Below, piece after piece: positions 18,647 to 28,145 of a DNA stretch of 32,000 nucleotides; the stretch's first letter is position 1, and each line of letters begins with the position of its first letter. The notes below the pieces were generated by a model. It was not told the origin of the DNA, did not search any database, and saw only the letters and a program-made list of their open reading frames with translations. The translations under genes and the position numbers were made by a program. Origin of the DNA: Deinococcus radiodurans R1 = ATCC 13939 = DSM 20539. Its GTDB lineage: Bacteria > Deinococcota > Deinococci > Deinococcales > Deinococcaceae. Where the stretch lies: positions 1,124,929-1,156,928 of the forward strand of contig NC_001263.1 of assembly GCF_000008565.1 (NCBI RefSeq), written 5' to 3'.

Positions 18647-19825
18647 CTAGCGCTGCGTCTGCTCGTGCACGTAGTCGGTCAGGCGGTGCACCATGTCCTG
18701 CGGGGTTTCGGGCAGCAGGCCGTGGCCCACGTTGAAGATGTGACCGGGCCGCCCGTTCGCCTCGTGCAGGATGCGGTCGGTCTGATGCTTGAGTTCGCGC
18801 CAGGGCGCTTGCAGCAGCAGCGGGTCGAGGTTGCCCTGAATGCTCTGGCCGGGCTGAATGAGGTCCCAGGCCTTGTCGAGCGGCGTGCGCCAGTCCGCGC
18901 CCATCACGTCGCTGCCCAGACTCGCCATATCGGGCATCAGGTGGGTGGCCCCGGTGCCGAAATAGATGACCGGCACGCCGAGTTTCTTGACGCGCTCGAT
19001 CAGGCCGGCGGTGGCGGGCTTGACGAAGGTCTGATAGTCGTAGACCGACAGCGCGCCCACCCAGGAGTCGAAAATCTGCACGGCGCTCGCTCCGGCTTTG
19101 ACCTGCTCGGTCAGGTAATCGGCCAGCACCGACTCGAACTTGCCCATCAGCCGCGCCCAGGCGGCGGGCTCGGCGTACATGAAGCGCTTGGTCTTCTCGT
19201 AGTTGCGCGAGCCTTTGCCCTCAATCGCGTAGCTTGCGAGGGTAAACGGCGCGCCGACAAACCCGATGAGCGGAATCCCGCGCGAGTTGAGTTCGGGCAT
19301 CAGCAGGCGGATGCTCTCGGCGGTGTACGGCATCGTCTCGGCGGTGGCAGGCACGCCGAGCACGTCCACGTCTTTAGGCGTATTGATGGGGTTGTGAATG
19401 ACCGGGCCGACGCCGCCCACGAAGTCCAGACTCAGGCCCATGGTGGGCAGCGGGGTCAGGATGTCGTTGAAAAGAATCGCGGCGTCGAGCGGCATCGCCT
19501 TGATGGGTTGCAAGGTGATTTCGGCGGCGAGGTCCGGCGTGCGGATGCACTCCAGCATGGTCTTGCCGGCCCGCAGAGCGCGGTACTCGGGCATGTAACG
19601 CCCCGCCTGGCGCATGAACCAGACCGGCGTGTAAGGGGCCTGCTCGCCGCGCGCCGTTTTCAGAAACGCCGAGTCGCGCACGCGGGGGTCGAGTTCGGGC
19701 CGGCTGACGCCGGGGCGTCCGGGCACCCGCCCCACCGAGGGGTCGAGGGCGGTGGGCTGGTCGGCGGGCGGCGGCGCCGTGGCCGGTTGTTTTTCCGGCG
19801 CCTGTTCACTTTGAGGACGAGTCAC
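18647..19825 (-). CDS. hemE: Uroporphyrinogen decarboxylase (with a ~45-aa Pro-rich N-terminal extension, or a later GTG start)
   Basis: Motifs include [16 protein letters not shown] and FDSWVGALS, and the C-terminus has [15 protein letters not shown]. The N-terminal 45 aa are low-complexity, so the true start is uncertain. Confidence 0.9.
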
Positions 19826-20307
19826 CCGCGCAGCTTACGCCGCCGAAAATCCCGAAAAGTCCCGTACTGAACGGTAAGAAAGGGCGGGAGGGCTAACGTC
19901 GCAGGCCATTCAGAAAGACCAGGACAACCGGCGTCAGCAAGGCGGCCAGCCCGCTGAACAGCACGAAACTGAGCAGCAGACTGCCGAGGTTGTGAGCCAC
20001 TTCCGCGTCGGTGTCGAAACTCGGTCCCCAGAGGATTTCCCCACAAAATTTCACTGTAGAGCCACGCCAGAAGAGGCAGGTAAAGGCAGGCAAAGACGTA
20101 CAGTGCTCGCCTCAACCGCTGGCATCCAGTCACCGACAACCGACGCCACAGCCAGCGCGAAAGCAGATAGAGCAGTGGGGCAGAAGAAAAAGCGCGGCGA
20201 AGAAAAGAACGTCGGCCATCAGCCCAGTGTGAGAGCCGCAGGCGTGGGAGCATCCGCCGAAAGTCTGGCCTCACGTCTCGTCAGCAAGCGGGTGAAAAAC
20301 TGCGACC

Positions 20308-20964
20308 ATGCGTTTATTTGTGCCGCTGCTCGCCCTGGCTTCTCTGTCCGCCGCTTCCGCGCAGGCGCCTGCAAAGTGCGCTCTGGCCGCGCGGGTGGAC
20401 GCCGCGAGCTACGCCGCCCTGACCATGACCGGGGCGAGTGAAGCCGACCAGGACAATGTCGCCTTTACCTGGGCGCAGTGCCGCGCCGCCGCGCTCAACG
20501 CCAATCTCAGCAACAGCCCCCAACTGCGGGCGCGGATAGTGAACCTGCGCGGGCAGTACCGGGAACTGCGGGACATCGAAAGCGAACTGGCGGGCATCCG
20601 TGCGGGCGGCGGCACCATGTACGGCCACGCCGTGCCGCGCAACTACGCCGTGCTCGAACCCCGTATCGAAAGCCTCGCCAACCTCGCCCGCAGCAGCGCT
20701 GGAGCGGTGAAAAGTGTTCAGTACGAAGGCGCTTTGCGTGACGCCAGAGACATGCAGGCCGCCTACATCAAGACCCTGCGCGCCTACAAGCCGCGGCCTG
20801 ACGAAACGTATGTCCGGTATGACGCCAAAGACTGGAATGCCCGCGTCAACCGCTACGAAGCCGTCAGCAAAAGCATCATGCGGACGCTTGGCAATCGGGG
20901 CGACGCCGCCACTGCGCTGGGCTACAGCATCCTGACCGACTGGGCTTTCGGAGCTGACGAGTAG
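20308..20964 (+). CDS. Secreted hypothetical protein (helical, possibly LprI/DUF1311-like)
   Basis: It has a clear signal peptide MRLFVPLLALASLSAASAQA. The mature part is helical with two Cys (KCALA, WAQCRAA). The family guess is weak. Confidence 0.55.
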   Translation: MRLFVPLLALASLSAASAQAPAKCALAARVDAASYAALTMTGASEADQDNVAFTWAQCRAAALNANLSNSPQLRARIVNLRGQYRELRDIESELAGIRAGGGTMYGHAVPRNYAVLEPRIESLANLARSSAGAVKSVQYEGALRDARDMQAAYIKTLRAYKPRPDETYVRYDAKDWNARVNRYEAVSKSIMRTLGNRGDAATALGYSILTDWAFGADE

Positions 20965-20986
20965 ACCTCCGCACGCCCAGTTCGTC

Positions 20987-21511
20987 TTATTTAGGCCCCG
21001 GAAACAGCGTCAACTGCCCCTCAATCGGCAGCAGCACATAAGGCCCACTCGGCGCGGGCCGTCCGGCTCCCTTCGCCTGATATTTGACCTTCCCAGCCTC
21101 GTCGAAAACCACCGTTCCCCACCCCGTCGTTAGCCCCAGCCAGCGGCCTAAAGGCGTAAAATTCGGGATACCTGCGCCCAGCGGCAAAGGAATGGGTTGC
21201 AGCTTGCCGCCGCGCAGAACTGCCACGCTGCCCGGAGTGGAGACGAAAATGCTCTCCCCATGCGAGAAAAGCCGCACCTCGCCATCATCCACGTTCGGCA
21301 GCCACCCGGCAGGCAGCGGCCAGAGCCTCAGGCCGGCAGCGTCCACCCGGACGAGGCGCGAACCACCGCCGCCCGGCGCATGGACCACCAGCCAGAGCGT
21401 GTTTTGATTGTCCAGCAGTGGAGAGCCGGCCCCTGCCTTTTTTCCCTCATCTGACGTTGGGTCATTTGAGCAGGTTCGGCTGGTCGGCCACGCTCCCGGC
21501 GAGTGACTCAC
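20987..21511 (-). CDS. Hypothetical protein (beta-rich; start uncertain)
   Basis: 174-aa ORF with good third-position GC from about 21400 downwards. The annotated ATG overlaps the upstream GNAT gene by 50 nt, so the real start may be an internal CTG or GTG. I recognise no motif. Confidence 0.45.
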   Translation of the reverse strand: MSHSPGAWPTSRTCSNDPTSDEGKKAGAGSPLLDNQNTLWLVVHAPGGGGSRLVRVDAAGLRLWPLPAGWLPNVDDGEVRLFSHGESIFVSTPGSVAVLRGGKLQPIPLPLGAGIPNFTPLGRWLGLTTGWGTVVFDEAGKVKYQAKGAGRPAPSGPYVLLPIEGQLTLFPGPK

Positions 21512-22433
21512 CCTCTCGGAACAGCTCCCATTTCCCCACCTGCGGCGCGAAGCCCAGCCGCCGGTTGACCGCCAGCATCGGCGCGTTGGCGCTGTGGTTG
21601 TTGGTCGCCATCGTGCTCAGGCCCGCCGCCCGCGCCCGGCGAATCGCGTAGAGCTTGAGCGGCAGCGCCAGCCCGCGTCCCCGCGCCTGGGGGGAAACGG
21701 CGGTGAGTTCGTTGTAGGCGAGGTCGCGGTACTGCACCATCGCCGTGGTGCCGAGCCACTCGCCGTCCGGGCCGGCGGCCAGCACCAGCCAGTCGGGACG
21801 TGGATTCTTGTCCAGATGCAACATCCCGCGCACCTGTTCGCGCTCCCAGCGCGGGTGTCCGGCGAGGTCGGGCGTCTCGATCAGGCGGTCGGCCACGAAG
21901 TCCAGATACCGCGTGACCGTCGCCTCGTCTGCCCCCGCCAGGTTGCTGAAGGTGACGCCCTGCGCCTCGGCCCGCACCAGGGCCGGCAGAAAGGGCGTCT
22001 CGTCAAAACTGGCGAGGTCCAGCCGCGAGGAGAAACGGTGGGCGTGCAGCGCAAAGCCGCGCCGCTCGGCCCATGTCCGGCTCGGCGGGTCGTCGTCGCG
22101 CACGTTGGTCGCCAGCGAGGAGATGCCGAGGGCTTGCGTCTCAGCGAGTGCCGTCTCCCAGAGGGCCGAGCCGTGCCCCCGCCGACGAGCGTCCGGCGAG
22201 ACGGTGAGGTCGAGTTGCAGAAAATTGGGCGGCAGGAACGGGAAAAAATAAAGGTGCGCGAGGCCCACGACCTGCCCGCCTTCCTCTGCCACCCAACGCC
22301 GACTGACCTGCTCGGCGAGGCGTGCCGCGTCCTCGGCCAGCAGCCCCGCTGGCGTGGCGGTGCGGTTCCAAACAGCGTTGTTCAGGACTGCCCACGCGGG
22401 CGCATCGGCGGGCACGAAGGGGCGCACAGGCAT
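21462..22433 (-). CDS. GNAT family N-acetyltransferase (tandem two-domain)
   Basis: There are two acetyl-CoA binding-type motifs: LTVSPDARRRGHGSALWE and TAVSPQARGRGLALPLK (Q/RxxGxG/A). ATG 22433 (MPVRPFVPADAP) is preferred, since the TTG at 22451 would overlap the upstream terminator. Confidence 0.85.
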   Translation of the reverse strand: MPVRPFVPADAPAWAVLNNAVWNRTATPAGLLAEDAARLAEQVSRRWVAEEGGQVVGLAHLYFFPFLPPNFLQLDLTVSPDARRRGHGSALWETALAETQALGISSLATNVRDDDPPSRTWAERRGFALHAHRFSSRLDLASFDETPFLPALVRAEAQGVTFSNLAGADEATVTRYLDFVADRLIETPDLAGHPRWEREQVRGMLHLDKNPRPDWLVLAAGPDGEWLGTTAMVQYRDLAYNELTAVSPQARGRGLALPLKLYAIRRARAAGLSTMATNNHSANAPMLAVNRRLGFAPQVGKWELFREGESLAGSVADQPNLLK

Positions 22434-22449
22434 GGGCCGAGCATCCCAC

Positions 22450-22479
22450 AAAAAAAGGCTGGAGCGATGGCCCCAGCCT
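22450..22479 (-). terminator. Rho-independent terminator of the secreted-protein gene
   Basis: The minus-strand RNA reads AGGCTGG-GGCCATCGCT-CCAGCCT followed by TTTTTTT. It starts about 20 nt after the restored TAA stop at 22498-22500. Confidence 0.65.
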
Positions 22480-22497
22480 CTTCAGTTCAGGCGGCGT

Positions 22498-23297
22498 TTA
22501 CTGAACGGTGACCCGGAAATCCTCGGCGGGAATCAGGGTGCCCGCGCCCCGGAACACGGCGCGGATGGTGTACTCGCTGCGGGAACCGGCTGCCTGGCGC
22601 CGTTTTTGCCTTCCCAGCGGATTTTCTGCACTTCGCGTTGCTCGCCGGGGGCCACGTCGGTCACGACGAGTTGCAGCGTGCAGATGGTGTTGGTGGGGTC
22701 GGGCCGCACGATCTCGCCACTGGCACTGAAGACTTCGAAACGCACGTCACAGGCGCCGTGTTCGAGGTGAATCGTGCTGCTCCCGGTGTTGCCGAGCACG
22801 AAGCTCCAGGTGTTCGCCTCGCCCGCCCGCACCGTGCGCGGGCCGCTGAGCTGCGCGGTGTGGGCCTGCGCGAGCGGGGCGCCATTGGTCGGCAACGAGC
22901 TGTTCTGATTGCTTGAGTTCTGGGTGCCCGTGCCCGGAGCGGCAGGCGTCTGGGTCACGGTGCCGCTGGTCGTCCCGCCAGCGAGCGGCACTCCGTCGAA
23001 GGCGAGCACGCCGGTCGGCAGGCCCGCTGCGGCCACCTGGGCAATGGCCTGTTGCCGGGCCGCGTCGTTGGCGACGGTGAGGTTGAGGTAGCCCCGGTCG
23101 TCGAAGCCCACGCCGCGCAGCTCCACGCCCTTCAGCGCCCCGAGCGCGTCGAGCATCTGCCGGAAGGTGTAGCCCGAGGCGTAGCTCGGCGCGGTGGTGG
23201 ACTGCGGCGTGGTCGTGGTGGTCGTCACGCTCTGAGCGGCGGTCTGGGCCTGAGCGGCGCCCGCCAAGAGGGCCAGGGTCAACAGAAAGTTTTTCAT
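22498..23297 (-). CDS. Secreted protein with Thr/Gln-rich linkers and a C-terminal beta-sandwich-like domain (possibly BsuPI-type protease-inhibitor fold); apparent 1-nt omission near 22600
   Basis: The signal peptide is MKNFLLTLALLAGAAQAQ. The track ORF ends at 22533 with an implausible tail (RQPVPAASTPSAPCSGARAP). Shifting frame at AACGG-CGCCAG gives ...EGKNG-RQAAGSRSEYTIRAVFRGAGTLIPAEDFRVTVQ*, which has high third-position GC and a terminator right after it. Confidence 0.7.
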
Positions 23298-23373
23298 GCT
23301 TCCACCTTGCCCCCTGCGGTCTGACTATGGGTGAGGAGCCGTTAGGAAAACCGGGAAAAGCGGGCCGCCGGGG

Positions 23374-23769
23374 TCACTCCGCCGCTGACAGCCCGGCCAG
23401 CCACGCCTGCGCCTCCGCCGCGCCCTGCACCTGCGCGCCGCGCTCCGGGGGAAACCAGGCGAGCAGGGCTTCCAGGCCAGCCTTCAGCTCGCCGAAAATG
23501 ACCTTGTGGTCGCCGTCGGCCAGCCAGAGCAGGCCACTGGGGGCAAGGTCGGTTTCGGTGCCCACCGCGAGCGGCTCACCGAGCCACACCGCGTCCACTT
23601 CGGCGTCGTCGGCGGGGTTGAGGGTGCCGGGCAGGCAGCCGTAGTTGACCGGCGCGGGCAGCGGCTCGGTGCGGTAGGGCTGCACCGCGTCGCCGCGCCA
23701 GATGAAGCGTTCGCGTTCGCCCGCGCGCCATTCCACCACGCCGCGCCAGGGTGTTGCCGGCCCACTCAT
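23374..23769 (-). CDS. Short inorganic-pyrophosphatase-like protein (divergent, possibly non-catalytic)
   Basis: 131 aa. [25 protein letters not shown]...[14 protein letters not shown] resembles the family I PPase core (NYGfIPxT..DGDPlDvlv...m.D.g..D.KiI). It is shorter than canonical PPases and has substitutions in the acidic positions. Confidence 0.6.
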   Translation of the reverse strand: MSGPATPWRGVVEWRAGERERFIWRGDAVQPYRTEPLPAPVNYGCLPGTLNPADDAEVDAVWLGEPLAVGTETDLAPSGLLWLADGDHKVIFGELKAGLEALLAWFPPERGAQVQGAAEAQAWLAGLSAAE

Positions 23770-24140
23770 GGCTTGACCTCGTACAGTTCCACCTGCCGCA
23801 GCACCGTGCCGCCGAAACTCAGGACGGCGCGGTAGGCGCCCGGCGCCGGGGCCGGCAGCGTCAGCTCGGCGGTGCGTTTGGCGGCGTCTAGAAAGACACT
23901 GTCGGTGCCGAGGTCACGCGAACCGTCGAACCAGTGGACGGTGAGGTAGCCGGGTTCCAGCCGCCCGTCGAGGGTGACGCTCAGGCGCAGCTCCTCGCCC
24001 GCGCGTTTCAGCTCGGCCTGGGTGATGCGGGTGGGCAGCGTGACCGAGGTCGCTGGCGGAATCAGCGGCACGAAGTTGAAGCGGCAGCCGCCGAGCAGGG
24101 GAGAGGCGAGGGCCAGGGCGAGGAGAACGGGGCGCTTCAT
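23766..24140 (-). CDS. Small lipoprotein
   Basis: The leader [19 protein letters not shown] carries a lipobox (LLGG-C). The mature part is beta-rich and ~105 aa. Its stop overlaps the start of the PPase-like gene as ATGA at 23766-23769. Confidence 0.65.
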   Translation of the reverse strand: MKRPVLLALALASPLLGGCRFNFVPLIPPATSVTLPTRITQAELKRAGEELRLSVTLDGRLEPGYLTVHWFDGSRDLGTDSVFLDAAKRTAELTLPAPAPGAYRAVLSFGGTVLRQVELYEVKP

Positions 24141-24241
24141 GTCTGCTCAGTATGGCGGCGCGGGGCTGAGAAGGACCTGATGCCAACGGGAGCTGTCGTC
24201 AGACCCGCGTGAGCCGCCCACCCGCTATCCTGCGCCCCGCC

Positions 24242-25705
<1,464 letters not shown>

Positions 25706-25838
25706 AGCACTGGTCAAACGGTCTGACTGTCAAACCGCAGGAGGCGAATTGTCGTCCAGTTGCGGCTCGACGGTTCGACGGTTTGACCTTCTCCTCTTTG
25801 CAAGAGGTGCGGTGCCTGACACCAAAAGACCCAGCACT

Positions 25839-25866
25839 AAAAAAGGCCACCCTCCAGCCCGGAAGG
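25839..25866 (-). terminator. Candidate terminator of the coiled-coil operon
   Basis: The minus-strand RNA reads CCTTCC-GGGCT-GGAGGG (6 bp with one G-U pair) followed by TGGCCTTTTTT, about 25 nt after the stop at 25890. The stem is weak. Confidence 0.35.
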
Positions 25867-25889
25867 TCGCCCCCTTTGGACTCCTGCGC

Positions 25890-27038
25890 TCAGTTCTTGC
25901 CCTTGCCCTGGGCTTTGGCCTGCTCCATCGCCAGTTCCTTGAAGGCGCTGAGGCTGCTGGCGTTGGCCTGCCCCTCGATGGCCTTGACCGCGAGGTCCTG
26001 CATCTGGCGGCTGGCGGCGCTGACCTGCTCGGACAGTTGCTGGGCGCGGACGCTGAGCAGGTCGAGGCGGGTCTGGGCGCTCTGGATGCGCTGCTCGTAG
26101 ACGCGGCGCTGGCCTTCGATGTCCTTTTCCTGCAACTCGGTCCGCACGCGGGCCTGCCGGGTGCCGATGCCGTTGCCCTCGGCTTCGGCGCGCTTGAGGG
26201 CGGCTTCGCGCTCGGCGGGCAGGGCGGCGGCGCGCTCGGTGACTTCGCGCCACTTCTGCTCGCGTTTCGTCAGCTCGGCTTCCAGGCTATTCCACTCGCG
26301 CTCCTGGGCGTCAAGCCGCTCGGCGCGGGCGCGGGTCAGTTCGGCCTGCTCGGTGCGGTAGGTCTCGTCGTCGAGGCGGCGGTCGAGGTCGCGCTGGTAG
26401 CTGTAGTCGGCCGTGTCGCGCTCGCGGGCGGTCCGGGCGGCGAGGTCGCGCTCGGCCGTAGCGCGTTCGCGGGCGTCCTCCTCGTCTTCCCACTCGCGCT
26501 GGCGCGCTTCCCATTCCTCGGCGGTGGCCGTCTGCTGCGTTTCGAGCTCGGTGCGCGAGGCTTCGGCGGCGGCATCGTACTCGGCGAGCAGGTCACGCAG
26601 CGCGTGTTCGCCCGCCGTCAGGCCGTAGAGGTCACGCAGCGCCTCGCGTTCGGTCTGCGCCAGCTTGAGCACACCCTGGAGCCCGGCGGCCTCGGCGCTG
26701 AGCTGCTCGGACAGCTCCGCCAGCGTGCCCGACGCCCCGGCCTGAAGCTGGGCGAGCAGCCCGAGCGCGACGGTCATGCGGCCCGACGCTTCGCCCGGCT
26801 CTGTCGGCAGTTCGCGGCTGGCTTCCTGCATCGGGCCTTTGGGGGCGGCCTGCTGCTGGACCACCTGCTGCTGTGCCACCTGCTTCTGAGCCTCGCGCAC
26901 TTCCTTGTCTTTCTGGGCGAGCTGGCCCTTGAGGGCGCCGAGCTGACCTTCGAGCTGGCTGTACTCCTGAATCAGGTCGTCGAAGGCTTCGAGGATTTTG
27001 GCCTTGGTGGCGCTGTCGGCGGGGCGTTTGACGCTCAT
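25890..27038 (-). CDS. Long coiled-coil protein B (382 aa), function unknown; second gene of an RDRM-preceded operon
   Basis: High third-position GC. It is E/R/A/Q/L-rich with heptad character throughout, and has no TM segment, signal peptide or catalytic motif. Its ATG 27038 overlaps the stop of the upstream paralogue (ATGA). Confidence 0.75.
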   Translation of the reverse strand: MSVKRPADSATKAKILEAFDDLIQEYSQLEGQLGALKGQLAQKDKEVREAQKQVAQQQVVQQQAAPKGPMQEASRELPTEPGEASGRMTVALGLLAQLQAGASGTLAELSEQLSAEAAGLQGVLKLAQTEREALRDLYGLTAGEHALRDLLAEYDAAAEASRTELETQQTATAEEWEARQREWEDEEDARERATAERDLAARTARERDTADYSYQRDLDRRLDDETYRTEQAELTRARAERLDAQEREWNSLEAELTKREQKWREVTERAAALPAEREAALKRAEAEGNGIGTRQARVRTELQEKDIEGQRRVYEQRIQSAQTRLDLLSVRAQQLSEQVSAASRQMQDLAVKAIEGQANASSLSAFKELAMEQAKAQGKGKN

Positions 27039-28017
27039 GCTTCACTCCTGCTGGTGCTGGCGGTGGTAAAGGCGCGGGTGGCGAGGTTCTGGGTCTGTTC
27101 GCTGACGCGCTGCTGCTGGGCCTGCAACTCGGCGACCTGCGCTTCGGCGGCGGCGACGGCGGCTTGCAGCGAGTCGAGGTGCAGTTCGTAGCTCTGCTTG
27201 CTCGCTTCCCAGTCGCGTTCCAGCAGGTCCGAGCGCACTTTGGCGTCGGCATTGGCCTGCCGGATGCCTTCTTCGCGGGCCTTTTTGACGGCTTCTTCGA
27301 GTTCGGCGGGGAACGCCTCCACCTTGATGCGGTCTTGCTCGAACTGCTCGGCGCCCGCTTGCAGGGCGGCCTCGCGCTCGCGCCAGTCGCGTTCCAGGGT
27401 CAGGCGGCGTTCGGCGAGGTCGCGTTCCTGGGCGCGGTCGGCGGCGTGCTGTGCGTCGGCGTCGTGCTGGCGCTCGCGTCGCGCCGGTAGCTGTGATCGG
27501 CTTCCTCCTGCTGGCGCTCACGGGCCGTTTCCTCCTGCTGACGCCTTTCTTCTGCGGCGAACTCGGCGTCCTCGCGTTCCCAGGCGCGGCGCTCGGCGCT
27601 CTGCTCGCGGTTCAGGGCGTCCAGCCGCGCCTGATGCTCGGTCTGGAGCCGGGCGACGCGTTCACGGCCTTCTTGCTGCAAGGCGGCCAGCGCGTCGGCG
27701 GCCACCCGGATGCGCCGCAGCTCGGCCAGTTCGCGCCCGGCGACCTCGCCAGCGGTCACCAGCTCGGCGAGCTTCGACGTCTCGCCCGAAAGCCGCTCCT
27801 CCAGTTGCGCCAGCACCGCGCCGACTTCGAGCTGCACGTCCGCCGACTGCCGCACGATGTGGTCCACCGTGTACCCCGCCGCCCGGTCCAGCACCTCGCG
27901 GTCCCGCTGGGTGCGCTGCACCTCGGCGCGGCTCTGAAACCTTCCCTGCGCCGCAGCCTGCTCTTTCCGCACCTCGGCAAACGCCTGCTGTAAAGCCTGA
28001 GATTCGTCCTTCGTCAT
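27035..28017 (-). CDS. Long coiled-coil protein A (about 327 aa after restoring one base near 27478), paralogue of protein B; first gene of an RDRM-preceded operon
   Basis: ATG 28017 follows AAAGGAGAAGCT. The frame of track ORF 27400..28110 is coiled-coil up to ...EEADHSYRRD and then degenerates to ASASTTPTHSTPPTAPRN. Shifting one base gives RERQHDADAQHAADRAQERDLAERRLTLERDWREREAALQ..., which runs directly into track ORF 27035..27322. Confidence 0.7.
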
Positions 28018-28045
28018 AGCTTCTCCTTTAAAACCCGCTTTGTTT

Positions 28046-28062
28046 TTACGCTTAAAACATAA
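28046..28062 (-). promoter_or_regulatory. RDRM-like 17-bp palindromic operator (candidate DdrO binding site) overlapping the putative -10 of the coiled-coil operon
   Basis: The coding-strand sequence is TTATGTTTTAAGCGTAA. Its half-sites TTATGT and TTACGC fit the TTMYGY-N5-RCRKAA pattern. It sits 29 nt upstream of ATG 28017. TTGCAC (28085-28080), an 18-nt spacer and TATGTT form a sigma-70-like promoter around it. Confidence 0.65.
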
Positions 28063-28145
28063 CACGGCGGGAGGACTTTGTGCAAGTGGACACACTGGGC
28101 TGTGACTCACGGTTGGGCTGAAGTGCTGGCGCTTCTGGGCAGAGT

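Noticed and set aside
18665-19870. 401-aa + ORF
   Set aside because: It is antisense to hemE, so it is a shadow ORF.
19822-20274. 150-aa Arg-rich - ORF
   Set aside because: As a single product it is implausible: mixed codon bias and an Arg/Leu/Trp-rich sequence. I kept only a note on a possible fragmented membrane gene (see findings).
21594-22511. 305-aa + ORF
   Set aside because: It is antisense to the GNAT gene and is Arg/Gly/Pro-rich.
25749-27191. 480-aa + ORF, plus + ORFs at 27164..27490, 27198..28019 and 27451..27993
   Set aside because: They are antisense to the coiled-coil operon and are Gly/Ala/Leu/Arg low-complexity mirror translations. The minus-strand genes have an RBS, ATGA coupling, an upstream operator and mutual paralogy.
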